A DNA stretch of 64,000 nucleotides from Candidatus Thorarchaeota archaeon (GCA_003345545.1 PRDH01000039.1:1-64000); one strand, 5' to 3'. Shown: positions 45,954 through 56,020, counted from the first letter of the stretch. The notes: a model not told the origin generated them from the sequence alone. Made by a program: numbers and translations.

Positions 45954-48900
45954 ATGATTAACCTGAGAAAAACTATGGTTCTATTTGCGATCGGCGTGAT
46001 GACCATAAGCTTGGTCCTCGTCCCATTCGCGCCAATGACCAAGGTTGACTCCCAGGTAGCCGCTCCGACAGACTATGAGCGTGAGTTCGCCGAAAGATGG
46101 GCGAGTCGCTTGCAGCAGAATCCTGTGACGGAGCGAGTAGATCCGTTACTGGTTTCCTATATGGAAACTGGTGCTCTGGATGAAAAGATGGTCACCACAC
46201 GAAGTGGTGATGTCAAGCTGTTGCTTTATCTTGAGCCAGCGTTTGACACTGACACTTTGGCAGGAATCGCCAAAGTTCGGTGGCAGATTGACTTTAAGCT
46301 GATGCGCATAGCTTCAGTCGAGGTCAGCTCGGTCAAAGAACTAAGACAGCTCAAGGCTCTTGATGGTATTACTTACCTCCAAGCCGATATCTTCATTGAT
46401 CCAGAACCTTCCTATGAAGACGGAGACGACATATCACCCGATATGTTCCACATCAACGATGTTGTTGGTGCTACTCAGGCTAACGCTTTAGGCTACACTG
46501 GTGATGGTGTTATTGTAGGCATTGACGATACTGGCATAGACTTCAGCCAGTCTGACATGTGGAATACTGAATACCACAACACTACTCACCCAATGTCATA
46601 TGACCCATCAAGCTACGGTCTAACAGAGATGGTCATTGCAAACAATACGTATGTAGAGAATACAACAGCCTGGCTTGAGGCTGGTTACCTCCTGACCTAC
46701 GAGCTGGGTGGTAACTACTATCTCAATGTGACAGGATGGGATCCGGTCTGTAACAACGGAAACACTCACAGATACCTGATGGGCCTTCTGGCACCGTACG
46801 GTAATGGCTATCCCCCTGGACCGAATATTGGTTTCATAGGTCTCTATCAAAATGCTTGGGGCATCGACAATGCTTCTGAGTTCGTCTACAACGAGATGTG
46901 GAAGGACTGGCAGATCCCTGCCCCCGGAGCGCACAACTACACCTTTGGTTGGGCTCAGCAGCAACGCAATGCTGGGTACATGAAGGTGTTCGCTGCCTCA
47001 ATGATCTACGAGGGCGACCTCATCATCGACTGGAACGGCTCGCTTGCATGGACAGAGATGTGGATGGGCGCAATGTACTACGAGTACTATGACCTGAACA
47101 GCACTGCTGACCGTACAACAATCACAGGTATGATGGACTGGAGCTTTGTAGATGACTATGACTTAGGTTTCATCTATAATGCTGCAGATAATGTCCTCTA
47201 CGCAGATGGGCTTATTGGCGGTAGCTTGGCTATGGGTCTCGGCTCACTCAGCTGGGCCTATGACGAGGTAGGCTATCTATCATTTGATCCTGGCCTCTTC
47301 TGTGCTATCACAGACGATGGCATGGCATGGAATGCGCTGTATCCTGGTGGGACAACCACAGAGAGCAACCACGGACACTGGACTGGAGCCGCAATTGCGT
47401 CACAGGGTGTCTATGGTCATAATGTGTATGGTAATGGGACCCTCTACAACCTGCCCGGTGTTGCCCCTGGTGCAAGGCTCATAGCAACCAAGGGTATTAC
47501 CTCCGGTGGTGGCATCATGTCTGATTTCTGGGCCGCTGGTTTCCATCTCAATGAAACCTCTGGCTCTTGGGAATACATCGGTGATGGACCCTCGCATAGG
47601 GCAGACATCGTTTCCAACTCTTGGGGTTGGGGACCTGGTGGTTCTTACCTGCAGCTCTACTACTATGCTCTAATGTACGATATGGCATCAGTACCCAATG
47701 TACTTGGCACTGGATACCCTGGAACTCTCTTTGTGTTCTCAGCGGGTAACAATGGCAACGACTACGGTACATCTGGCACTCCCGCTGGTTCGTACTCAGT
47801 TGTTTCGGTTGGTGCTTCATACACTAGCCACTACTACGAGACTTCCTATGGCCCAGAACAGACTGATGGCCAGGCTGTTGAGTTCTCATCAGCTGGTCCA
47901 GCCTTCACTGGCGTTGTGAAGCCTGATATTATGGCTCCCGGTTACAGGGGTGTCAGTCCACAGCCATCACAGAACGAGTGGTGGGGAGCAGGTGCCACAT
48001 ATTACTGGTGGCAAGGTACAAGTCTCTCCTGTCCTCTCGTAGCTGGTGTCGCAGCTATCATCATTGATGCATACGTTACTGTGCATGCAGTGAAGCCCAC
48101 TCCGCAGATGCTCAGGAACATCCTTCTGTCATCAGCAACTGACATGGGCTACGATCCGTTCATACAGGGTCACGGTCTAGTCAATGCTTTGGCAGCAGTG
48201 ACTGCTATCGATGCCCAGACTCTAACTGAATACATCTTCGAGTCAGAGGGCTTTGGCAACTACGGAGCTCAGGTAGCTGAGGCTTGGAGTGTGTATGGAT
48301 ACAACGATGATCCGTTTGGTATCTACATGCCATCACCGACACCTGTCGGAATGGAGTCAAGCAGCATCTTCTTCGGTTCAGTCGAACGAGGTGAGACAGA
48401 ATTCGCGGACCTTACTGCTTGGGACTATGCCTTGAATGAGGTACAGACTGGAGCATTTGATACAATAACAGCCTGGCAATACACTCAGGGCAGCAAGTTC
48501 TCGTTCGGTCTGACAACAGGCCAATACAATGACACGAACTTCAGTCCCGTGATCGTACGTCCAAAATCATTCAACCTCTATGACTACATGGATGCTGGAC
48601 AAGAGGCTGCATTCCTGGCTGCAAAGTACGTGACAATCAACGTCGCGTTTGGTGCCGGGGACATCCCGATCTATGCGCGACTGTTCGATTGGAACGACCT
48701 CATCTTGCCGGGTGAACTGAACTACTGGAACTTCACGTCTGGCGTGGGCGACATTGTTGACCACGTTAGCCGCTACACAAGTACCTGCAACCTGCTAACG
48801 CTTAGGCTTGCAGATCCAGCTACGATGGCTAGCCTGTTCGACTATGTTCCAGCCCTACAACTCGAGGATACTACTGCGCCAACAACTGTGACTGTGACCA

Positions 48901-50765
48901 TCACCATCTGGCAGACTACTGTCGAGGATGACATTGTCATTGCTGATGGTGTCCCAGAAGGAATCAATGTCACATTGAATGTCAATGCTGCCGCAGAGTA
49001 TGGAATCCACCAAGGTTCCATCCTCTTCGTTGATGGTGCATGGAGTCACATGGTACCATACTCCTACATGGTTGATTTCAACATGGCATCGCTCTATGGA
49101 ACAAATCAGACCATTGTTAATGGTGCTGGTACCGTAACACCTTACGATACTGGTGCGGTGACAACCTCATTCATTAGGGGCTCGACCCGAACAGACGAGA
49201 GTGGTGGTATCGACGTATTCCGTGTGAACATCCCATATGACATTACCCTCAACGCATCTGTTCTTGTCATTCGAGCAGAATGGCAGAACCCGGGAACAGT
49301 TGTTGACTTCCAGCTACGTGATCTATGGAACGGTCTCATCACAACGACCAATGATAGACCGAGTTCAACCTCTGCATTCAATCCTGTCCCATTCGATGAT
49401 CTGTACAACATGATCATCTGGGACAATGAAGGCGGGCTGATCAATGGCAGCTACTGGTTACTCCTCTACACACACGTGTTTAACGGAACATCTGTACCTG
49501 AGGATATCAAGGTCATACTACAGCTCTACAATGCTACAACATTTGCTGATCTGGCCTATGACAACAAGTGGACCTCGAGAACCATGACCACTCCAACACC
49601 TTACTACAACGGCAATAACATCGTGGGTGACCATGTTGTCATTACAAACACTTGGAGCGTTCCAACTATCCCAGGTGTCCCTGAGTACGCACTTGCCAGT
49701 ACAAAGACTACTCTCCTGAGTGGCCTATACGTTGAGATGACAGGCAGCTATGCTAACCCAGGGGGTGTAGATGACTGGCCAATCTCAGTGTCTCTGACAA
49801 ACCTCTACACGTGGGAAACTGTTGAAGGCATCAATGCAGGCGATGTCGTCAGAGTTGTGTTGGATGCACAAAACGGCGCGGACCCATCGTTTGATGTCTG
49901 GACATGGGACGATGAAAACGATGATGGTGAGGTTAGTCTGGATGAGATAGGTGATGCCTCTCTGTTGAGCGTGGATAACGGCGGTGGCGGAGGGGTCGAG
50001 TCCGGCCAATACACGGCGGCTGATACTGGGGCTATCGCAATCCGTGTGTTCTGCTGGGATTATTCGTTCGCTGGTCAGAACTACAAGCTCACTGTAGACA
50101 CAAGGGCCTCGGCGATTAGTCTGAGCGAGGCTGGTACACCTGCGTACACTGAATACGATACCTACCTCATGTTGCGTAACGTTACCGTGGCGGTTATCTT
50201 CACGTGTTACACAACAACCAACCTGGTACACGTGGTTCAGTTCCCGGGAGTCACATTCAGCAACTACTTCAAGCCACACGTGACAGTGGGTGTTCCAAGT
50301 GAAACGACTGCTGATCACTTCAATCTCACCTGGTCCTCCACTGATCAGAATGCTGATGATGTGGCCTACTACTCGATCTGGTTGAGCAGAGACGGTGGTG
50401 CGACATACGCGTTGTTGCTGCAGAACACGACAGGTACCTTCTATGTATGGGACTCGACCACATGGGTTGAGGCGAACTATACCTTGAGAGTACGTGCCTA
50501 CAGCTGTGACTTCTCCCTCGGTCTCTGTGATGTCAGTGAGAATCCGCCAACCGGCTACTGGCCCGCTGATTTCACTGATGCGTTCACCGCGCCATTCGCA
50601 GCAGGTGGTATCCCACCACCGGTGACAACCACAACAACGACAACCACGACTCCACCCACAACGGGTCCAGTAACTCCAATTGATCCATTGCTGATCGGAT
50701 TGGTTGCTGGTATCGGTGTTGGTGTTGTAGTGGTCCTCATACTCTTCTTAATCAAGAAGAGGTAG
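45954..50765 (+). CDS. Very large surface-anchored S8 subtilase
   Basis: Signal peptide; IDDTG, NHGHWTG, SAGN, GTSLSCP; Pro/Thr-rich linker, TM and KKR at the C-terminus; many N-x-S/T sequons. Confidence 0.92.
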   Translation: MINLRKTMVLFAIGVMTISLVLVPFAPMTKVDSQVAAPTDYEREFAERWASRLQQNPVTERVDPLLVSYMETGALDEKMVTTRSGDVKLLLYLEPAFDTDTLAGIAKVRWQIDFKLMRIASVEVSSVKELRQLKALDGITYLQADIFIDPEPSYEDGDDISPDMFHINDVVGATQANALGYTGDGVIVGIDDTGIDFSQSDMWNTEYHNTTHPMSYDPSSYGLTEMVIANNTYVENTTAWLEAGYLLTYELGGNYYLNVTGWDPVCNNGNTHRYLMGLLAPYGNGYPPGPNIGFIGLYQNAWGIDNASEFVYNEMWKDWQIPAPGAHNYTFGWAQQQRNAGYMKVFAASMIYEGDLIIDWNGSLAWTEMWMGAMYYEYYDLNSTADRTTITGMMDWSFVDDYDLGFIYNAADNVLYADGLIGGSLAMGLGSLSWAYDEVGYLSFDPGLFCAITDDGMAWNALYPGGTTTESNHGHWTGAAIASQGVYGHNVYGNGTLYNLPGVAPGARLIATKGITSGGGIMSDFWAAGFHLNETSGSWEYIGDGPSHRADIVSNSWGWGPGGSYLQLYYYALMYDMASVPNVLGTGYPGTLFVFSAGNNGNDYGTSGTPAGSYSVVSVGASYTSHYYETSYGPEQTDGQAVEFSSAGPAFTGVVKPDIMAPGYRGVSPQPSQNEWWGAGATYYWWQGTSLSCPLVAGVAAIIIDAYVTVHAVKPTPQMLRNILLSSATDMGYDPFIQGHGLVNALAAVTAIDAQTLTEYIFESEGFGNYGAQVAEAWSVYGYNDDPFGIYMPSPTPVGMESSSIFFGSVERGETEFADLTAWDYALNEVQTGAFDTITAWQYTQGSKFSFGLTTGQYNDTNFSPVIVRPKSFNLYDYMDAGQEAAFLAAKYVTINVAFGAGDIPIYARLFDWNDLILPGELNYWNFTSGVGDIVDHVSRYTSTCNLLTLRLADPATMASLFDYVPALQLEDTTAPTTVTVTITIWQTTVEDDIVIADGVPEGINVTLNVNAAAEYGIHQGSILFVDGAWSHMVPYSYMVDFNMASLYGTNQTIVNGAGTVTPYDTGAVTTSFIRGSTRTDESGGIDVFRVNIPYDITLNASVLVIRAEWQNPGTVVDFQLRDLWNGLITTTNDRPSSTSAFNPVPFDDLYNMIIWDNEGGLINGSYWLLLYTHVFNGTSVPEDIKVILQLYNATTFADLAYDNKWTSRTMTTPTPYYNGNNIVGDHVVITNTWSVPTIPGVPEYALASTKTTLLSGLYVEMTGSYANPGGVDDWPISVSLTNLYTWETVEGINAGDVVRVVLDAQNGADPSFDVWTWDDENDDGEVSLDEIGDASLLSVDNGGGGGVESGQYTAADTGAIAIRVFCWDYSFAGQNYKLTVDTRASAISLSEAGTPAYTEYDTYLMLRNVTVAVIFTCYTTTNLVHVVQFPGVTFSNYFKPHVTVGVPSETTADHFNLTWSSTDQNADDVAYYSIWLSRDGGATYALLLQNTTGTFYVWDSTTWVEANYTLRVRAYSCDFSLGLCDVSENPPTGYWPADFTDAFTAPFAAGGIPPPVTTTTTTTTTPPTTGPVTPIDPLLIGLVAGIGVGVVVVLILFLIKKR

Positions 50766-50792
50766 GTGTAGGAATGTAGCTTTAGTAAATTT

Positions 50793-50827
50793 AGGGGGCT
50801 TTTGCCCCCTCCCTTCTTTTTCTGTTT
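50793..50827 (+). terminator. Intrinsic terminator
   Basis: AGGGGGC-TTTT-GCCCCCT followed by a pyrimidine/T tract. Confidence 0.7.
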
Positions 50828-50958
50828 CTATGCCAATGAGCGAGAATCAGGTCAATGAGCATCATAGAAGACAGCCCGGACTTGAAGTAGACTTAATCTG
50901 AGCGGGGATGTCACGAACGTGTCTAGATTCTAAAATGACTCCTTGATAACGACTTCTT

Positions 50959-51459
50959 TCACTGCTCTGCGAACGGGTTGAGCGGCATATTTCCCATTGC
51001 CTTTCCTACTGGAACGATAGCCACCGGACGAATCTCTTTAGGAATGCTCAGTAGTCTGACGACCTGTACTTCATTGAAAGCACCAATCCAGCAGGTGGCA
51101 TAGCCCAGAACATGCGCTGCCAAAAGTAGGTTCAGTACGAGTGCAGCAGCGTCTTGGATAGCGCAGAGCCTGCGTCCTCTCTCACCATATCTCTCAGCTG
51201 ACTCCTCAGGGACTGCGCATATCACAAAGACAATGGGCGCCTTTGCAAGGAAGGTCTGACCCCCAGCTGCCGCTGAAAGCCGTTCTTTGAAATCTTGACG
51301 CCTTACTAATACTACTCTCCAAGTTTGTCTATTTCCAGCACTCGGAACACTAAAACCCGCAATGAGGATCTCCTCAATGTCTGCATCCGGAATAGCTTCA
51401 TCTGAATATCTCCTGATTGACTGTCTCTCTCGAATTCTCTTCAGACAATTGTCACTCAT
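50959..51459 (-). CDS. Nitroreductase family protein (apparent frameshift near C-terminus)
   Basis: RQSIRRY, PSAGNRQ, QDAA, GYATCWIG; canonical tail RRAVKEVV lies in another frame ending at 50930. Confidence 0.88.
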   Translation of the reverse strand: MSDNCLKRIRERQSIRRYSDEAIPDADIEEILIAGFSVPSAGNRQTWRVVLVRRQDFKERLSAAAGGQTFLAKAPIVFVICAVPEESAERYGERGRRLCAIQDAAALVLNLLLAAHVLGYATCWIGAFNEVQVVRLLSIPKEIRPVAIVPVGKAMGNMPLNPFAEQ

Positions 51460-52446
51460 CTATAGCACCTCTGGATTAACGATGTTTGGAGGTCTTGCAC
51501 CTGATAGGGCAGCTCGAAGATTCTCTGCACACATCTTTGCCATGGTGGACCTTGTCCGAGTGCTTGCACTGCCAATGTGTGGAAGTAGGACAACATTCTC
51601 TAGCTCAAGCAGCGGACTATCTAGCCTAATTGGCTCTTCAGCAAAGACGTCGAGACCTGCTGCTGCCAGACGTTTTGATCGAAGTGCTTGGTATAGTGCT
51701 TCTTCATCAACCACCGGACCTCTTGATGTGTTCACTAGGATAGCACTTGGCTTCATTTTTGCGAGTTCAACCTTGCCAATGAGATGCCTGGTTTCGGGCG
51801 TAAGAGGTACATGAAGGGTCACAACATCTGATTCTCGAAGAAGAGTGTCCATGTCGACGCGTTGTGCGCCTAGATTCTCGGGCAACGACTTGTCTGACTC
51901 CCTTGTGCTGCGTGAAGAATATAGAATCTTCATATCAAAACCGCATGCGCGTCTAGCAACAGCTGCACCAATTCTACCCAGCCCTATGATGCCTAGAGTT
52001 GCTCCATGGATGTCTGAACCTAATAGGAGTTCTGGACCCCAAGCAACTCTCCAGTTACCCCTCCTGACGTACCTATCTGCTTCGACGATCCTTCGTGATG
52101 CTGCCATGATCAGAGCCCAAGTCAAGTCAGCCGTGGTTTCTGTTAGGACTCCTGGGGTGTTAGTTACAATGATTCCTCTCTTTGTGGCATACTTCAGGTC
52201 GATATTATCATATCCTACAGCATACTGTGCTATCACCCGCAGATTTGGCAGCCGCTCAATGATGTCTGCTGATATCGGGTCCGACAGGAGGGTCACGATG
52301 CCTTCACAGTCCTTTCCGTTTTCGATTATTTGTTCCTTTGATGGGGGCATCTCATTCTCCCATACTGAAGCATGGAACTCCTGCTTGATTATCCTCAGTC
52401 CATCCATTGGTATCTTTCTGGTCACGAAGACGTGTTTCTTCAACAA
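51460..52446 (-). CDS. gyaR: Glyoxylate reductase / D-2-hydroxyacid dehydrogenase
   Basis: AVGYDNID, TNTPGVLT, GLGRIG, NTSRGPVVDE, LDVF..EP, PHIGSA. Confidence 0.88.
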   Translation of the reverse strand: MLKKHVFVTRKIPMDGLRIIKQEFHASVWENEMPPSKEQIIENGKDCEGIVTLLSDPISADIIERLPNLRVIAQYAVGYDNIDLKYATKRGIIVTNTPGVLTETTADLTWALIMAASRRIVEADRYVRRGNWRVAWGPELLLGSDIHGATLGIIGLGRIGAAVARRACGFDMKILYSSRSTRESDKSLPENLGAQRVDMDTLLRESDVVTLHVPLTPETRHLIGKVELAKMKPSAILVNTSRGPVVDEEALYQALRSKRLAAAGLDVFAEEPIRLDSPLLELENVVLLPHIGSASTRTRSTMAKMCAENLRAALSGARPPNIVNPEVL

Positions 52447-52541
52447 TTACACCGACCTTAGGTTGAGTAATTCATCATTATACTGTTTTGCTTCCCGAAT
52501 GCCGCTGTGTAGATATGAGGATACAGAATGATGCTGACAAG

Positions 52542-52567
52542 AATGCTTTGACCCTGCATCTTATATT
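52542..52567 (+). promoter_or_regulatory. Promoter motif, copy 1
   Basis: AATGCTTTGACCCTGCATCTTATATT; 22 of 26 nt identical to copy 2. Confidence 0.6.
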
Positions 52568-52606
52568 CACGGATTGTTGATGCCCCCATGTGGTTGTGAG
52601 TCTGCA

Positions 52607-52918
52607 ATGCCCGTCGAACTTCCAAACAGTGCACTGATCGTCTTAAGCAGTCTTGGCTCCGAGGGTCCTATGACTCCCAAGACAATCATAAGTCGCATCG
52701 ATTTGCCCTCCCGTACGATAACGTTTGCTCTTCATCTACTCCTCGAAGAGAATATAGTTCGAAGAGTGCCCAACTTGCTTGACATGCGGCAGCCCTACTA
52801 TCATATAAATATGGAGCGAATCAAGGAGCTGCAACTCGCATTCATGGTCGACCGCGTGACACGTCTCCAGCCCGAGATACGCCATGGCAGTCTTCAAGGA
52901 AGCACATTCAATAAATGA
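52607..52918 (+). CDS. Small winged-helix (MarR/ArsR-like) regulator
   Basis: EGPMTPK..LPSRTITFALHLL...PNLLDMRQPYY; ATG at 52607 likely. Confidence 0.85.
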   Translation: MPVELPNSALIVLSSLGSEGPMTPKTIISRIDLPSRTITFALHLLLEENIVRRVPNLLDMRQPYYHINMERIKELQLAFMVDRVTRLQPEIRHGSLQGSTFNK

Positions 52919-52979
52919 TGGCCAGTGCTTTCGAAAAGGATATTATTCAATATTGAGTAGGCACTCAAAAATGTGCTTT

Positions 52980-53005
52980 AATGCTTTGACCTTATCTCTT
53001 ATATT
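52980..53005 (+). promoter_or_regulatory. Promoter motif, copy 2
   Basis: AATGCTTTGACCTTATCTCTTATATT. Confidence 0.6.
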
Positions 53006-53070
53006 ACTATCAATGCAAGTATGTGATGGGAACAGAAAGACCCGATTAGTCTAGGGATGGTACAAAGCAC

Positions 53071-53337
53071 ATGTCTATTGAACTTCCTCGTAGTGCAATC
53101 ATTGTTTTGGACCGTCTGACTTCAGAAGGGCCAATGACTCCAAAGGCAATCAGCAGCAGGGTCGATCTGGCTCCTCGAACTGTTAGTTTTGCGCTCAGAA
53201 AACTCATGGGTCAGAAACTCTGCAAGAAGATACCCAATCTCAATGATATGAGACAACCTCTCTATGCTGCTGATATGGAGCGAGCGAGAGAACTCAGGGC
53301 AAGGTTCGAGCACGTCTTCAGGCAGGTGCTGGTATAA
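53071..53337 (+). CDS. Small winged-helix regulator, tandem paralog
   Basis: EGPMTPK..LAPRTVSFALRKL...PNLNDMRQPLY. Confidence 0.88.
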   Translation: MSIELPRSAIIVLDRLTSEGPMTPKAISSRVDLAPRTVSFALRKLMGQKLCKKIPNLNDMRQPLYAADMERARELRARFEHVFRQVLV

Positions 53338-53464
53338 GCAGCTCAGGGGCTGCTGCTGCAGAGATAGCTATCAAAGCCTTCTATCATCATACCCAAAGTT
53401 GAGCTGAGAAGTGATGACTAGGTTAATATTCTGGCATTTTAAGCGCAGTGGCGAGTGACTACTG

Positions 53465-53650
53465 ATGGCGCACGAGGGATTAGTCCTGTTCATGATTGCC
53501 TTGGGCATACTCCTTCTGTTGGCGTTCTATCTTGGACCAGACAGAGAAACAAGGCTCGTCAAGCGAAATGAGGGGAGAATTATGCTCGTCCCTTCTGCGA
53601 TGATCATGTTAGTCCTCGCCATCATTGTTTTTAGCGGCGTGCTTGGCTAG
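53465..53650 (+). CDS. Small 2-TM membrane protein
   Basis: 61 aa hydrophobic hairpin. Confidence 0.6.
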   Translation: MAHEGLVLFMIALGILLLLAFYLGPDRETRLVKRNEGRIMLVPSAMIMLVLAIIVFSGVLG

Positions 53651-54618
53651 AATTCTGGATATGCGAGACCGACAAGCCTGCAGAAGACTGCAGCTGATAT
53701 GATGTCGGCTGTTGTCCCAGGGTTGAGCAAGTTCCCCTCCTCCCGCAGGGTATCATCTAGTCTGACTATCAGCTCCACAGGCTCGCACACATCAGACCAA
53801 TTCTCCACGGTCTTCTCTGCCAGTCTTCGGATCTCTTCTGCTCGTGCTCTTCCAGCTTTCTTTACGATTAATCCATCAGGTCGCTTTGATAGAAGCCAGA
53901 TAAAGGAACGAACAATCGCTTCTTCTAGGTCATCCAAGGATTGGGATATCTCAGCAATGAATGGATAGACCTCTCCCAGAATCAGTTCGAAATTACTTGC
54001 CCACTCTCGACTTATCTCATCGATGTCTGAGGACAAGCTGAAAAGCTCTGCGAGCTTCAGGTCATCCTTCATGACATTATCAATTGCGGCAGGATTGTCA
54101 AAATCGTATCTCCTATGGATATCTGACCATTGAGAATCCTCCTTGATCTTGCGCCCCCCTGGTGTGGAACGGGCGAAGGCCCGGTACAGCCCGGCTGTAT
54201 CTTCTACTGTCGTCCCTTGGATGATTCTCTGAAGCCAACTGCGTACATTTCCCGTTGAAAAGTGCCTGTCTTCGACTAGACTGGCAGCTATTGCCACAGT
54301 CAGAGGCACGTATAGAAGAATCGAGCCAAGGATTGTGTTTCTCTTATTGAGACCACTCAAGGACTCCGATACACAGGTTTCAATGAGTGCGCCAAGACCT
54401 GCCTCCTCTGGAGCTAACTTGCTTTTTCCGATTCTTACCCCCTTTGACGCACACATGTGGAGTCCTCTCGACATCATTGAGGCGCTAGCAAGAAAGTGCC
54501 TGTATTCAGTGTCTGAGAAGCGAGCACTTCGATTCACATTTCCAGGTTTTGGGGCACTAGCCTCCAGGAGCAATGAAAGCTGACCCAGTTCTGTCAATCT
54601 CCAATTGATGTCGCTCAT
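53647..54618 (-). CDS. citG: Triphosphoribosyl-dephospho-CoA synthase family (archaeal CitG)
   Basis: LLEASAPKPGNV, NTILG, PDGLIVKKAG, NPGTTAD. Confidence 0.88.
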   Translation of the reverse strand: MSDINWRLTELGQLSLLLEASAPKPGNVNRSARFSDTEYRHFLASASMMSRGLHMCASKGVRIGKSKLAPEEAGLGALIETCVSESLSGLNKRNTILGSILLYVPLTVAIAASLVEDRHFSTGNVRSWLQRIIQGTTVEDTAGLYRAFARSTPGGRKIKEDSQWSDIHRRYDFDNPAAIDNVMKDDLKLAELFSLSSDIDEISREWASNFELILGEVYPFIAEISQSLDDLEEAIVRSFIWLLSKRPDGLIVKKAGRARAEEIRRLAEKTVENWSDVCEPVELIVRLDDTLREEGNLLNPGTTADIISAAVFCRLVGLAYPEF

Positions 54619-54692
54619 TGCGGTGGCATTGTATCATACTCCGTTTAAGATTCGCGGTGGCACGCAAATGGAATAAGTGTAAATAGGAGATT

Positions 54693-55046
54693 ATGTCAGA
54701 CCCGTATGGTTGTACAATGAGTCTCCCTGCCCGTATCTCATTTGCGCAAATTGGTGTTCTAGTTTCTATCATTGTCTACATTGCAGTAAGAGTATTCTTT
54801 GCGCTGATCAATTTCGGTCTACTATGGACTCATCTCGGTGGGTGGTGGGCCATCATACTGCCCTTGCCGCCTGTTATCGTTTTGGGCTTTACGGCCTGTG
54901 TTGTTTCATATGCTTTCACATACCTAGGTCTCTGGATGATGGACAGTGACTACTATATCTTAGGGGTGATTACAATCATCCTCTCTGCAATCGTCATTCC
55001 TGGGGGGCTGGGTGTGTACAGTTGGTTCGGATTTACAGTCGGTTAG
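54693..55046 (+). CDS. Small multi-TM membrane protein
   Basis: 117 aa, strongly hydrophobic. Confidence 0.6.
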   Translation: MSDPYGCTMSLPARISFAQIGVLVSIIVYIAVRVFFALINFGLLWTHLGGWWAIILPLPPVIVLGFTACVVSYAFTYLGLWMMDSDYYILGVITIILSAIVIPGGLGVYSWFGFTVG

Positions 55047-55789
55047 TATTTTGTGATTAGAGGGACTAGCTCAGTTGCTCTGCCAGTCAGAATGATGTCC
55101 GCAAAGTCTTCTCTATTGACACCCCTTAAGTTGACAAGAATCACTCTAGCTCCGGAATTCTTGGCGATTTTGGGAAGAATTGCAGCAGGGTAGATTGAGA
55201 GGCTTGTACCAATTACCAGCATCAGGTCTGTATCTCGACAAAGAGCCACAGCATTTTCCATCGGAGTTTCTGGGAGTGGCTCTCCGAAAAGGATGGCCTC
55301 CGACTTGAGAACACCTCCACACTTGTCACACTTGGGTGGTATTTCACCCTTAGCTACTCTCTGATGTACTTTTTTTCCTACATATTCTGCCTTGCATCGA
55401 GTACAGCATGCCCTGAGATAGTTGCCATGTAGTTCAATGACTTTCTTGTTTCCGGCCAGTTGATGGAGATTGTCAATATTCTGTGTAATAATGCCCTGGA
55501 GTTTTCCATCTGCTTCGAGCTTAGCAAGAGCCCGGTGTGCGGCATTGGGCTCTGCTTTGATGATGGTCGCTGCCAATTCACGCCCCATTGTCCAGAACCT
55601 AGTGGGGTCCCTGTTGAAGCTGTCCAAGGTGGCATATTCGTGAGGATCATATCTCTTCCAAAGACCCCCCTCAGATTTGAAGTCTGGAATTCCTGAATCC
55701 ACGCTTATTCCTGCTCCAGTGAGAGCAGATATTCTATTGGACTTGGAGATGAGATTCTTTGCTCTCTCGATATCGGTATTAATAGTCAT
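55043..55789 (-). CDS. cobB: Sir2-family NAD-dependent protein deacylase
   Basis: GAGISVDSGIPDF, TQNIDNLH, ELHG, CTRC..CDKC, IGTSL; ATG at 55789 with GGTGA SD. Confidence 0.92.
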   Translation of the reverse strand: MTINTDIERAKNLISKSNRISALTGAGISVDSGIPDFKSEGGLWKRYDPHEYATLDSFNRDPTRFWTMGRELAATIIKAEPNAAHRALAKLEADGKLQGIITQNIDNLHQLAGNKKVIELHGNYLRACCTRCKAEYVGKKVHQRVAKGEIPPKCDKCGGVLKSEAILFGEPLPETPMENAVALCRDTDLMLVIGTSLSIYPAAILPKIAKNSGARVILVNLRGVNREDFADIILTGRATELVPLITKY

Positions 55790-56020
55790 TTCACCTTGCA
55801 CAGATTCATTCCAGCTAGATGATGTTTTCAATCTTTGGCTACTTACCTTCCCCGTACTTCCGCTGTCGAAAGGTTTTTCTTGGCATGACCAAGGTGTTGA
55901 CTGAGTCATCAAGGGGAATTGTGGTCAAGGAGCCAGTCCCCGACCGGCAGTCGTGTCGGTTTCCTTTCTATATAGTCCTGCTAGTCATCTTCACGCAAAA
56001 ATAGGCAGAGTGGACTTAAC

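Noticed and set aside
50618-50665. ACA/ACC-rich repeat
   Set aside because: Encodes the ordinary Pro/Thr linker of the surface protease.
51362-52531. Long antisense ORFs opposite gyaR (and similar ones opposite other genes)
   Set aside because: Antisense shadows of well-supported genes.
55913-56020. Heat-shock operator upstream of grpE
   Set aside because: No CIRCE and no hrcA seen. The CCGAC-N10-GTCGG repeat (55940-55959) is too short to support a call.
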